NCBI GenBank assembly: GCA_964106915.2
Contig: OZ066914.1
DNA length: 64,000 nucleotides
Source: Podarcis gaigeae
Taxonomy: Eukaryota
Direction: 5' to 3' (one strand)
Each line of letters starts with the position of its first letter. The stretch's first letter is position 1. A program made the position numbers and the translations under genes. Below, piece by piece: positions 11,748-24,270 of the stretch. Below the pieces are notes generated by a model. It was not told the DNA's origin and made no database searches. It saw only the letters and a list, made by a program, of their open reading frames with translations.

Positions 11748-14700
11748 GGATTATACAGAAGAATGTTCAAAACCCCTCACACACCATATATGAGGGCTTA
11801 ACTGCATGTTTCTGGAGTCTGCAGCTGATCTGCATCCCCCCTCCTCAACATGATGTAGTGACATTGAATCCAATGCTTTCTTGCTCCTTCCATCAGCAGC
11901 CAATGAACTGGAGTGGGGGCAAAAGGCTGGGAGGTGGTCACATCATGACATGTATTGTTTCTACTAGCCATTGTTGGGGAGAAAGTGGAAGGAGATTGGT
12001 GGCAGTCACGTGCCACCAGAATGTATAGCTGTGTTCTCAGTGGCTCCTATAAAAATCTGGTAAAGTGGGGGAATTGTATGTGTTGTGTTGTGTGGTGCTG
12101 AGCCTGCCAGCCACTGGGATTCAGAGGGGGAGAAGGGTGCTCTTGCGGGTATTCCCATGGGCATCAATGAGAACAGGATCCTGAACCTGACGTGCCTTCG
12201 GTCTAATCCAGCAGGGCTCTCCTTGTACTCTTCATTTGTCTACAAGAGCAATTCCCCTTGGAGCCTTTTCAAGTCCATTTTCAGCCCAATTCTTCCACTC
12301 ATTTTTGACACAGGAAAGCCACCACCATGTGATATTTTGCCACCCTTTCTTCCTCCCCACCCTCCTTCCCTTGAATATGCTCCAACCACCTGGTAACATT
12401 CTGTAATTGGCCAAGACCTAGAAAATCTTCAGGATGTGACAGATCTGAGATTTCTCTCCATGGTGGCCAGGTCTGAATTTCTTCTGAAATGCTCTTCGCT
12501 AACAAGATACAAGTAACAGGATGGTGGGTTTTGCCATGTTTAATTAATTAATTTAAAATGAATATTGTTCAACAGGGTGTTAGTTCTGTTTGGGGAAGCT
12601 CACATGTTGTTCTGTACATAAAGAGTCTCTTTAAGAGATGTACATAAAGAGATACCATATTCTTGAATTTATTCACTCAGCACTAAACCGTCTATCATGT
12701 ACATCTGTTTTTTTTAAAAAAACCCTTTTTGTTAGTTACCGATAAAACGCCAATAACCTCTCTTCGCTTGTATTGCCTAGACATATTCCAAAGAAAGCAC
12801 CAATAAAAGATGATCAATCAGTACATAAATTGTACAGGATGCAACAGCACCGCCTCCATTGCTCTTTCTTCCTCTTGGTGTGAAACCGGTTTTTGGCATC
12901 CTTGACTCGATGGTCCATTTGTCTACATTGCTATTTTGGTTTTCAATCCATCTGCTTGCCTTTCTATCCTTCTGTCTATCTAATTGCTTGTTATCTGCCC
13001 ATAACTTTATCTGTGGACTTCAGATGATTTCCAACAATTTTCTTTCTCTTTATCGGATATGGGAGAAGCTAGATATGGACACAAAAGACTGCCCAGACCT
13101 TGCTTTTGGCCACATACATACTTCATGTGTTACAAAGAAATGACAAAAGAGAATCAGCAAATGACTTCTGAATACCCCCCCCCCTTACTTCTGCACTAGA
13201 AAGGGAAGTGAAACTGACATCTCTTCTGTAGCGAGATCTTTGAGTTCTGGAAAACTATATGGGCTCAATAAAGCCATCAAAGGGGGGAAAATCTGTGGGT
13301 CAAATGTTAAAGTAAAGATGGAGAAAGAGGGAAATAAAGACTCATCTTCCTGTGATCTGTATTTTTACTACCTCTTTTTAAATGAATGGTCAACAGTATA
13401 GCAATCAGAAGTTATTGAAGGGGAGAACACTGGAGACTATATTTGCTTTATTTGCTAACATAAGTGGAGGCAGGCACTCCTAGAATGCAACAGATCTACA
13501 CAAATCTCTTAGCAGATATCCCAAAGGAAGCCTTGATTTCCCAAGGTACTGTGGTAGGTTGAAGGCCACACCCTCATTTCAAAATCTGGGACTTGACAAG
13601 GAAACAAAGACAACATTGCTGGTTCATTTCTCCAGAAAATAATTCAGCTTTGCAAGGGATTTATATGCTGGGAAAGAGGATCCCTTCCCCCATTTATAAT
13701 AAACACTGTCTAATCAAGTTGGTTTGTGTAGGCTTTCAGATGCTCTTCCCATGTTGCAAAATGAGAGTGGCCTTCAACTTGTCAGTTCATTTAGCCTTCC
13801 ATTCATTCCAGGAACATCTCTCTTTTTCTGCCCCACCTTCTCCATTTGTTCCAAAGCTTCTCTCTCTCTCTCTCTCTCTCCCCCCCCCCCACAAAACACA
13901 CACTTGCCCTCTTATCCTCTTATCTGAGAAGAGGGTGGGTCACCTCTTCCCCTAAGGCTTGATGGTTTAAACTCAAGAAAGAACCACCACCCAGTATCAA
14001 GATACAAGCTTCTTAGCAATTAGTTGCCATTGAGGAAACAATGACCTATAAATGTGGGCTATTCCAACTGTGGTTCAGTCCCTGGAAAGCTATTACTGTA
14101 TTTTCTCTTTGCTTTAGCAGCAGCCCATTTCTGGGTGGAATCTACACACATATAAAAAAATGCTGTGAAAATGCTTTAATTTTTTTTGAAAAATATATTG
14201 GAATTGCCATAGCTCACTGTCCCCATCTAGTGTCACATTTTATATTGCACTTTACAATACACTTATTTGCAGTTGTATAGCTGAGTCCCTGGTCTTTTAT
14301 GTGTGGCTTCCTTCTGGTTTCTCTGCAGTCAACTTGCCTGTGCCTTCCCAGTCTTAACAGTTTTCACTTTTGCTTGTTCATCCTTGTTCTAGGCCCAGTC
14401 TACTTCAGATAGGGCTTCTCAGCTCAGATTCCCCAGCATACTTTTTTGTATTCACTCTGCCCTTAGGTTGACTCTTTCCCCCCTAATCCTCCATCCAGCT
14501 CTGGTCCCAGACAGCTTTCTATGCACCAGATGCCAGGACTGATGCTAACAGTGTGCCACAACCTTTCAGTGACAGAAAGTGTTATCTCTACGTGTTTCAG
14601 GTCTCTGCAAATGATCACTGAAGTAGCCCTCGTCACATCTTGCAGCAATAAAATCCATAAGTTAGCATGTGCACCACATGAAGAAATGTTTTTGTTTGAC

Positions 14701-14870
14701 TTGAACCTACTGCCAGTTACTGATGTCGTTAAGCTCTCGAATTAGCAGAAAGTTTCAAAACACTTTCTGAGCTGCCGATAAAAGACTCATTTTGCCTATT
14801 GCTTAAATGCAGAACCCTTCTGCTCCAAGGTCTGGAGAGCAACACTGCAAAGCACCATGGGCACAAAATA

Positions 14871-14954
14871 AAGGCTGCACTCCTAACCACTGGGGAATAA
14901 ATCCCATTGAACTCAGTGGGGCTTACTTCTGAGTAGACATGCTTAGATTGTGCC
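14871..14954. mobile_element. Short hairpin-type repeat (related copies ~38070-38130, ~42541-42630)
   Basis: Imperfect palindrome GGCTGCA.TCCTA..CCCATTGAACTCAGTGGG..TAGATTGTGCC. Confidence 0.55.
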
Positions 14955-15604
14955 ACACATTGGGTGTCCTCATGAAACAACATGCTCAAAAGTTATGTAG
15001 GCAGAAGCGTAATTGCCCAAGCTGGATTTCAGCCAAGAAACAGGCAACCATCTTGCTCAAGGTGCCAGCATGAATCAAGACGTAAAAACAGTCCTTATAT
15101 GCCCTCATTTTCTTGCACTTCTGCAAATGGGAAGCTTGATGTCTCGAGATCATTGCTTTCCTACTTATCCTTATTAGAGGCTGCTCTTCCTGCACCTTTG
15201 TCAGGTGCCACGCTCAGCTTCTCCTTTCTTTGCAATTCTCCTCCTGCATCTCGCAAATCCTGGGATTTCCCTCCCTTCATCCTCAAGCCGCTCCTAAGAA
15301 AATAAAACAAAGCTCCCTTTTTATGATATTAAGTTGCAGGTGAATGGATTTCAGCGGAACTCACAGCAATCCAGTTAAGCTGAAGTCCTTTGATTAAGAC
15401 AGAACCAGCCTCACTGGGTCTAAGGTCGCTCCTATTGTTGTCACTGATTGACGAGAGGGGAAAACGTTTATTCTTGCAGGAAGCATCTTCTGAGTATATA
15501 TACTTAATGCCCATGGAAATATATTCTGGGGAGGTTTTGTTGATGTAGCACAATAATCCCTGCATAAACTTGCCTGTCTATTTACCTATCTAGCCACAGT
15601 AACA

Positions 15605-15904
15605 TGCATACAAGAGCACCAGCTTAACCCAGCGGCTGTGGGTGCCCAGGGCCATTGGTGCCATGCAGTGTGCATGGCCCTGGTACCAAAATTTATGGGT
15701 GCCCAGCCCCTTCATGGAAAATAACATAGCAAAATTGACTTGCAAGGTGGTGTGTTGTTCGATAAGAGATTGAGTGTTGGGGGGGGAAGGCTCGTTTAAT
15801 TTCATGGTACACAGGTTATATATGACAATAAAGGTATTATTATTATTCATGGGAAATTTTGTGGGTGCTCGGGCACCCAGGGTCCCAGGAAGTTGGCACC
15901 TGTG
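15605..15904. mobile_element. Degenerate DNA-transposon-like element
   Basis: Repeated GGGTGCCC/GGGCACCC subterminal motifs and an AGTTGGCACCTGTG end. Confidence 0.4.
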
Positions 15905-16780
15905 AATGCATACATGCATTGCCAACACTATATTAGGTTCACTGAAGAGTTTTGTAAGCAAAAGTTGGAAGGCCCTGTGTCTAGGGAGCCTAACTCTGGA
16001 AGAAAAGGCAAGCTGGCCAGTGTCTCATTGTTTCTGGATAAGGATTCCAGCAAAGGTATCGTAAAGGTACACTAAGATTTGTGGAAACCAACTGGAGTAG
16101 TCTAGAATCTCAACTCAGCTATCAGATACCACGAGAGGACCCTTGGAGGGACAACATAATGCAGTAAAGGGCGCTGTCTATCCTTTTCTTCTCATCACTA
16201 TGGTCCAGTTGAATAAGACTTCACTTCTTTTCATCCAGCTGAATAAGGCTTGTAACATCTCATGGCCTCTCCTCCAGTTCCAGGCATACTCTGGCCTAGG
16301 CCTTCTGCTAATCTCCAGTTCACAGGCTCAAAACCTGAGGCTGCTGCTATGAGTGAAGATGGGGGTGTTGCAGTACTCAGTTGCACTCCATAGAGCTTGA
16401 TTGATATATCTGTTGACATGGCTGGACATTTCTTGCAATAGAGTTGAGATGTGAACTGGGGTGTCTTCAAGAGGGCTGAATCCAAGTTAACCAATTAGCT
16501 TCCTTGTGACCTAGGCTCCACTACTCTTTAAATCTAAGTACTGCAGATTAATTTCTTGTGAGAAGCATTTTTGAGACCAAGATACGTGTATACGATAGGG
16601 TTTCACAAGTTCTTTGTTTCTCTTTTTCCTGTCATCACCGTGAATGTGCCCACCCTCGTATAAAAGTGAGAAACTTGATATTGCTTTAACTAGGGACACA
16701 ACTGTACAACAAAATGAGATAGTAACATAGGGAGTTGCCTTATACAGAGTCAGACCATGGGTGTGGTATAAAAAATAAAT

Positions 16781-16900
16781 TATCATCATCATCATCATCA
16801 TCATAGAACTGTAGTGTGGGAAGGGACTCCAAGAGTCATGTAGTCCAACCCCCTGCAATGCAGGGATCTTTTGCCCAACATGGGACTCGAACCCACAACT
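16781..16900 (-). mobile_element. Short SINE-like piece with tRNA B-box and CR1-like 3' tail
   Basis: Minus strand: GGGTTCGAGTCCC, then GGGGTTGGACTACATGAC..GTCCCTTCCC..TACAGTTCTATGA and a (TGA)n tail. Confidence 0.65.
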
Positions 16901-18874
16901 CAGTTATCCCCTCATCTCCTCAATTTACTGGCATCTTCTCTCCACGGTTTCAGACAAGGTTCTTTTCCCTACCTGCTGGAAACATTTTGCATTGCACTAC
17001 AATTGAGCCATAGCACTTTCCCCTGCAATGGACCAAACTGTGCTTGCATTTGTTAATGCAGGAAGTGGCGCCATTTCCCCCTGGTGCTAAATGCGAGTGA
17101 GCTCAGCCCTGGATTCAGAGACATCGAATTTGAGTGGTGAAGGATGCATTCCTGAGTCACAACCCCAGCAGACCCAAAGACTCCTGAGTGAGTGACCAGC
17201 TATGCCCCAGATGGGTTCCTTTCTCTGCTCCTGAGTCTGGTGGGCCTGGATGGCAAATCTTAGGAAATGCTATTGCATTAGGGCATCTTGTACATCACAG
17301 CAATTATTTAAAGCTCATTGAAGTTAAGTGTGAAAATTACTGAAACAAGATAAATGTGCAGAGACTGAAAGCTTGGTAGTTTTTTTGTTTTGTTTCAGTA
17401 GGGCCATCAGAATTGTGTGGAAGAGATTCAGAATCCTTACAAGTGTCACCAGAATTCAACCAATGTGATTTCTGATGCAGATTTCTTGTGGGGCAACCTT
17501 CCTTGGTTCTTTTGCCATATGTTGGGATTCAGAATTAGGTGGAGAGAGGTCCTTATTTTTTTAAAAAATATATATTTTAAAGAACAGTCACTTGGCCTCT
17601 ATCCATCCTCTTTGTCTCAAAAACTGGTGAGAGAGAAGACCAACCAAAATCTTGGCCTACTTTTATCATGTGCTAACTCAATAATATGGTCATCGTTTGG
17701 AGGACAATATGTCATTTGACCATCTGTTCTCTCAGCTGTCCTGTACTTGCAGTGACGGTGGTGCGATGTTTTTGGAAAAGTCTATATAGCTGAAAAATCA
17801 ACTGATAATTGGCAAGTAAGGAAAGGGAAAAAAAATAAAAACCCTTAGACCCCCTTCCTTTTAAAACCTCTGGATTCTTTTCTTTCTTTCTTTCTTTCTC
17901 AGGATATCTTCATAGAACTGAGAAAGATGCAAAGTGTCTCTCTCTCTCTCCCCGCCTCGCCGCCACCCCCCCAACCTGGTTGCTACTTCATTTCACTCCC
18001 TTTTATGTGTGAAATGTTCCACTCAGCTCCATTCCATAATCAAAGGCTGTTGAAATATCAAGACTCAATTAATTATTACAGTTCCTGGCAGCAGTGCTAA
18101 AGTTAGTGGGTGGAGACCTCATTGCGTTTAATTTTGCATGGACTTCTACCCTGACACACAGCTTCTCAGCTCAGAGATGATTATATTTTCTCCTCGCGCA
18201 GTTACATTTAAACTTCAGGATATTAGAAACATTACATTCCCCTGTATTTTTTTTTAACCACTTAAAAATAGCAAACCAACATTTCTGTATCTCCTGCTTC
18301 ATTGAATCTTGCTGAGGCTTCAGAGATGAAAAGCTATTGCCTCCCTGTGGCCAGGATTTGAGCATCTTACCTGACCGCGCTATGACTGTGGTCACCGCAC
18401 TATGACTGTGGTCACTTAAAGGGCTCATCTGGGTAAAGGGCTGACTAGCAAATGTTGCAGCTGGGTGCAAACCTGCAGAATGTTGGCTAACCTGGAGGAA
18501 GTAGAAGTCCCAGAAGAAAGAATGAAGGGAGCAAAGCCAGTAGCCAATGGTGGTTCGAGACTGGCTTCAAATGGGAGTGTTCGTGGACAAAGAGGCAGAC
18601 AGAGAAGCAAGATAGAGAAAGAGGCAGACAGAGAAGCAAAATAAATACTATTCCCTGCAACGTTATTTCTGTGTGGCCCTATAGATTGAATGGACATGTC
18701 CTGATCACACTTCTACAAAATAAACACACAAGACGTAATCGGCTGTACTTTTGAATAAATAAGGTATACTGTTCATTGTATCAAATTGTAGATTTCAACG
18801 GAAGTCTCAAAGTTCAACGAAAAAAGCAGAAGACCCAGTGGATCAGTTCATTCTCTAGTCAGTTCATGCATACG

Positions 18875-19180
18875 GAAGAAGAAGAAGAAGAAGAAGAAGA
18901 AGAAGAAGAAGAGGAGGAGGAGGAGGAGGAAGAGGAGGAAGAGGAGTTTGGATTTGATATCCCACCTTTCATTCACTTTAAGGAGTCTCAAAGCGGCCAG
19001 CAATCTCCTTTCCCTTCCTCCCCCACAACAAACACTCTGTGAGGTGAGTGGGGCTGAGAGACTTCAGAGAAGTGTGACTAGCCCAAGGTCACCCAGCAGC
19101 TGCATGTGGAGGAGCGGAGACGCGAACCCGGTTCCCCAGATTATGAGACTACCACTCTTAAACACTACATCACACTGGCT
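18875..19180 (-). mobile_element. CORE-type (MIR-like) tRNA SINE with (CTC)n(TTC)n tail
   Basis: Minus strand: AGCCAGTGTGATGTAGTG head, GGGTTCGCGTC B-box, CORE motif GCTGGGTGACCTTGGGCTAGTCAC; second copy at 52913-53209. Confidence 0.9.
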
Positions 19181-19328
19181 TTCAGGTCCATACCAGTATA
19201 TATCACTGGCTCTAAGGTCCATACAAGTATAAGTATCTGTTCCACCTGTCTGTTCAAAGAGTCCAATAATCCACATGAAGGGTTGTTACAGTTCCACAGA
19301 ATCCTTTCTCAGAGTCCAAGACAAGGAT

Positions 19329-19376
19329 TTCTGGAATATTAGCCTTATTTCGCCATCTTAGGCTTCATCAGTAGAA
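19329..19376 (-). ncRNA. Degenerate Penelope-type minimal hammerhead ribozyme motif
   Basis: Minus strand UUCUA-CUGAUGA-A-GCC(UAAGAU)GGC-GAAA-UAAGGCUAAUAU-UC-CAGAA: intact core boxes, 3-bp stem II closed by G-C, 4/5-bp stem I; stem III is imperfect. Confidence 0.55.
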
Positions 19377-19821
19377 CAGGCTCATATGTAATATTACAGG
19401 ATAGTGGACCTTACAGCATAGTAGTAGTTTCAGTGATACTATTCCCTATTTCTGTGTGTCTCCATAGATTTGAACGGACATGTACTGATCACACTTCTAC
19501 AAAGGCAAATCTCTTCTTGGGAGTGTAGTGAATGCAGAGAGTATCATTGGCGGTGTGCTGTTTGGCAGTTACGTGATAGATTTCTGCATAGGAACACCAT
19601 GCTCCTTTCTGAATTTTGCGGTGCTGTTCTTCGACCAAGTAATGTGTGCAAAAATGCACATTTCGGCGAAAGTAGCATGCAAAAATGCATTATGTTAGGT
19701 ACATCGCTCTGCAAAAATGTGTATGTTAGGCAACAGTTTGTCCAAAAATGTGTATATATGATGAAAAATGTGCACCAGTAAATATTTCAAAATGTGAATA
19801 TGTGAATATGCTTGCGGTCTT

Positions 19822-19912
19822 CCCATGGGCATCAGTTTTGCCACTGTGAGAACCGAGTGCTGGACTAAATGAGCCTTTGCCCTGATCCAGAAAGGCTCCT
19901 CTTATGTTTTTA
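19822..19912 (+). mobile_element. CR1 3' terminus fragment (similar decayed pieces ~12155-12225, ~61535-61590)
   Basis: TGCTGGACTAAATGAGCCTTTGCCCTGATCCAG..CTCTTATGT matches the CR1 tails at 53355-53592 and 30535-30742. Confidence 0.7.
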
Positions 19913-22900
19913 AATTCAAGCTTTGTTAGCACACAAGGTTATAAAAGGTGATGAATGGACCAGAAGCTGGTCCTCATTTGAAATGATAGCATCCTGCTTC
20001 CTTCATCCCTGCCCCCAACTTCAAGTACTCGCTTCTCCTTCAGAAGCCCATTCTCTCCTGCACAGTCACATCAGGAGGGATGTGAGAGAAGATAAAAACA
20101 CGCATAAGTGTTGGTTAAGAATGGCAGAATATACACTTTCATAAAAGGAAAGTCTATATGTAGGAGACCAGATATAGAGCAGCTGTTTAAGTTTCTCTGA
20201 CCTAAGACATTTCTGCTGCAACAGTGGAGAGGTCTACCCTGAATCTTTCCCCTTCTCTCAGCATCTCATGCTTTCCCTCTTGAGATTGGCCACTGCCTGT
20301 GCTTCTGCGTCCCATTTGTAGTCATGGAACCCTTTTCAATTTGTTTCCCCGGTGTCCTTGTGGCTATAGATTCCTCCCACTTCTTAGCTGCCCTCCATTG
20401 CATCCCCAGATAAAAAACAGACAATTCAGTATCAAAGAGGGATGTAAATGTAAAAGCGCAAATTGATACTGTAGAATCTCAGAAGCATCTGTGTGTGTGG
20501 ATTGAAATTATCTAAAGGTGCTTTGCTTAGGCTCAGGGCAGGTCAACCTTCTGATCCTCCCCCCCCCCCCTTGTTGTTAATATTTTAATATAGAATGCAA
20601 TTTGTAACATTACCAAGGACTGTCAAACAGCATGTCAAGCTGGAATTCTGAACCACAGCAGGAACGTGGATTCAGAGTAAATATTTTCACTATACTACAG
20701 TTGTTGGAGGGAAAAAATCCAGAGACAAAAATATTTCTAAGGATAGATAAGACAAGTGGAGGCTTCAACCAGGCAGGACTGTTTTAATTTAATTAAGTCT
20801 TTTGCAGCATTTTTTACAATAAAAAAATAGTATTCATGTATAAAAGGCGCTATTAATAGGGAAATTGTCTTCCCATAATTGGTCTTGAACAACTTGCATT
20901 CTTGCGGTGTAATCTTAAAGAGGTCTGTTGAAGCTCTATGGTGAGCACAAAGGAGGGTGCGTTGAGAAAACTAACGATGGCATAATCTGTGAGGGAATGA
21001 GACAGTTGCAGACTCACTGGACGAGAGAGTTGCTATATGTTGGTGCTTTTGTGTTAGTGCTAAGCTGAAACAGTACATGTGATGGAACTTTCCCCCTTCT
21101 CCCTTCCTTGGCCGTGCCCTGCAGCCTCCCCAGGTCTGGTTCAGAGGGTTGGGGAAAACCTCAGAGCAAATTTAGGGGGTGGAGAATTCAGGAGGAGGAG
21201 AAGGGGGAAGCTATGTTGTGCAGGCAAAACATTCATTGTGCTGACGCAACAAGTTAGTTGGGCATTCCCCAATGGAAATGTGCCCCCTTTCCATTTCTAG
21301 GGGAGGAAGATGGTGAAATAGCCACACTGGAAGTATGACATCACCATATCCATGCTGTGGTCCCTGATTGACTGGGAATCATGCCATGTCACAGGCAAAT
21401 CCCTTAAAATGACACTAAAGGAGCAGCATATTGAGGCTGTGAACTTGTAAAGTTAGGATCATTTTGTAAAGCTCATATCCCTCAAAATTTCAGGTTGAAA
21501 ATGGAACCTCATAAAGTCCACTGTAGACCTGTGTGACAGATTTGCCTGTGTGTGTCTGTGTGTTGTGTGTGTGTGACCCCCACTTCTTTATCTCACTCGT
21601 GCCATTACAATGACCTGGAGTGGCACACTAGGCTGGCAGCCTTTGCAGTGCACTGATGCAATTATCATTATGCCCCAATGTACATTAAAACAACTGTGAG
21701 CAAATTCATTTTGTGTCATCTTTATCTTCTCCCAGCCTGTGAGACCCTGGAACAGACGGCCCTGGGGACATGCATGTCAAAACCGGTTACCCTAGCTCCC
21801 AGGGATGAAGGGCTGAGAAAGACAGTTGGCAAATGAGGAAAGAAAGACGAAATTAAGAAACAGGTGATTACAGGGTGTGGCCGGCTCATTCTCCTACAGG
21901 ATTCCAGCTTTTATGGGAAAGGGTTCCTGAACTTCTGGCCTTGGGTGATATTCTAGGCTGGGCATGGCCTCAGCTGCAGCATGTTGCCTTTTATTTATTA
22001 ATAATAAATAAATATTATTTATTTGATTTATTAAATAAATCTCCCATAATTTTGCCTGCACAATTTGTCTCCCCAGAACTAGCCATACATGCTTCCCTCA
22101 AGCTGGTCCCACACAGCTCATTACTCTGTGATTGAGAAACAGAGCCTGTGATTGACTGTGACTTGCCAGGTGCACGGCAAGCCCCCTCCCTTTTATTTTT
22201 ATCGTTTGTACTTCCAGACAGGCAGCAAACTCTATGTATTTTTTTAAAAAAGAAAACAACAACAACTACTACTGGTGGGCTACAGAACATTGATGTTGTG
22301 CTCTGTTTGACTTGGCAAGCATGCCTCACTCATCTCTGCTCTTGGACCTAGCATACCTGGAAGCCAGCAGGGAATTGCTCCCCCCCCCCCCACTGGAAGA
22401 TCCAGAGGGTCTTAAAAGGGCAGGAGGATGGGTCAACATTTTGGAACCCCAACACCTACCGTTCCTAACTTGTACTTTGCCTGCAGAGCAACCCAAAATA
22501 TCAAGACCTCCGTCTTATTCTTACAGTTAGCTTGCTTTACAAGAAACTGGTTGCCTTCTAAAGGACGGTGGGGAAGCTGTGGAAAGGAGGAAATGACAAA
22601 AAGTATAGAAAGGGTTTATACCACATCCACAAAGAATGTGTGATTTTTACCTGGGGAAACAAATGCTTCTGCCAGAGCTCAATCCAGTCCCATCGTTGCT
22701 CCAGAGCCATTTCTTCCTTCTCGTTTAGCAAACAAGCATGCGTTGCATTTTTAATGCATCAAGAGCATTGCAGTGAATGCGCTTGGGTTGAGGGAGAAAA
22801 ATAATATCTCTCCCCCCATCCCTACGTTTTATTGGCTGAGTTAACATAACAAATACTATAAATCCAGTAATTACTAATTGCCTCCTCCATTATAACATAC

Positions 22901-24270
22901 AAAATGAATCATAAACCTTTTATTACTTTAACGGTGGACTAAAGGATGGATTAATCTTCCAGTAGAGCATTTTTCATATTTACCTGGTTCCTTCTGTCAT
23001 TGTGTCCTCATTTTCTCTTCCCAGACTCCCTATTTAATGCTCTGTAGTGGCCCCTACTGGGAAAGGTATGCTTGCAACTTATCAGCAGGTTTGGCAACTG
23101 GTGATAAATCTATTTAGCAGCTGGTGGTTTAGCAATTACCCCCTTGGTGGGGAAAGGAAACAAAATTAGGAAGAAATTCTAAGTAACCTTTTACCACTGA
23201 GCAAAAGTACATTGCTGTTAGTTGTGGTGAAGGCTTAACAAAGACAAGTGGGACCCTGGGAAAACAAGGATATAAAATATGTAATTTTAACATTATTACA
23301 ACCAAAAGGCTCTCTGCAGAAATGTAGTTAAACTCCACAGTCAATATGCACGGTTTTGGCATCGTCTACTTTTACCAAGATAGAGTGATAAAGCAGAAGG
23401 CCTTAATTTTCATTGCAAACAGTTTATCTGGGTAGATAAACTGAAGGAATTATATGGTTTGCTAGGTTAAGGAATCAGGACTTGATAATAAGCAGGGGAA
23501 TGAGTGATGATTCCTTTAGGTATTTACAGTGCCTCTAGCATTTCTGATTTTTTCATAATCTTTGCATTACATCCTAAAGGTGTTATTTCAATCAACTAAG
23601 CATTTCTTGAATATCGGACAAGTGGGAAGGTACAACCTCTTTATGAACTTCGCAAATCATGCTGCAGTAGATGACAATTATTTTCCAACTAGCTGAAGCC
23701 TGTCAGTTTTGATGGGCATATCCTGCTTCCCAGCAACCATTGCTGACTCGGGAGGCAGGGAAGCAGATGCTCCAACTGCCTCTGTTCATGGGCCTCTGTG
23801 AATCACTGTCCCTATCTTGTCCCTATTTCTGAATTTCTAAATTGTTTAATGTGATTTGCTAGTGCTGTCATTCAGCTTCCCCCTTTGGATCTCCAGAAGT
23901 TAACTTTCTAACTGTCTCTGAAGCAGATGCCTATAAGTGCATGGGCATTAACACTGAAGGTGATTTCCAATGAACCCATGAAGGGGCCATGAGACCTCAT
24001 GGGCTACTTAAGTCACAACCACTGGTGCACTGGGCAGGCATTCCCCCTCCATAGTCTATTCCTTCAGCACAGGGATAGGGAATCCCTGGACTGTGGTCCA
24101 ACTTGCCCACCCATTTGGCCTGTGGGGCCGTTTTGCAAAGCTGCACCTCCTCACACTACACTCCATACATGACATCACCATATAAACCAACCCAGACCCT
24201 GTGTTTGATGTCTGAGGCCCATCTCTATGTCCCCTCTCCCTGAGAGCTTGGGAGAGTAGATACAAGAGAA

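Noticed and set aside
12600-13080. Strand-biased segment resembling an old antisense LINE (also ~34040-34480)
   Set aside because: No diagnostic peptide motif recovered; cannot be supported without a library search.
23025-23065. Plus-strand mini-exon-like AG..GT segment (41 nt)
   Set aside because: Splice-like signals only; peptide unrecognised and such matches are common by chance.
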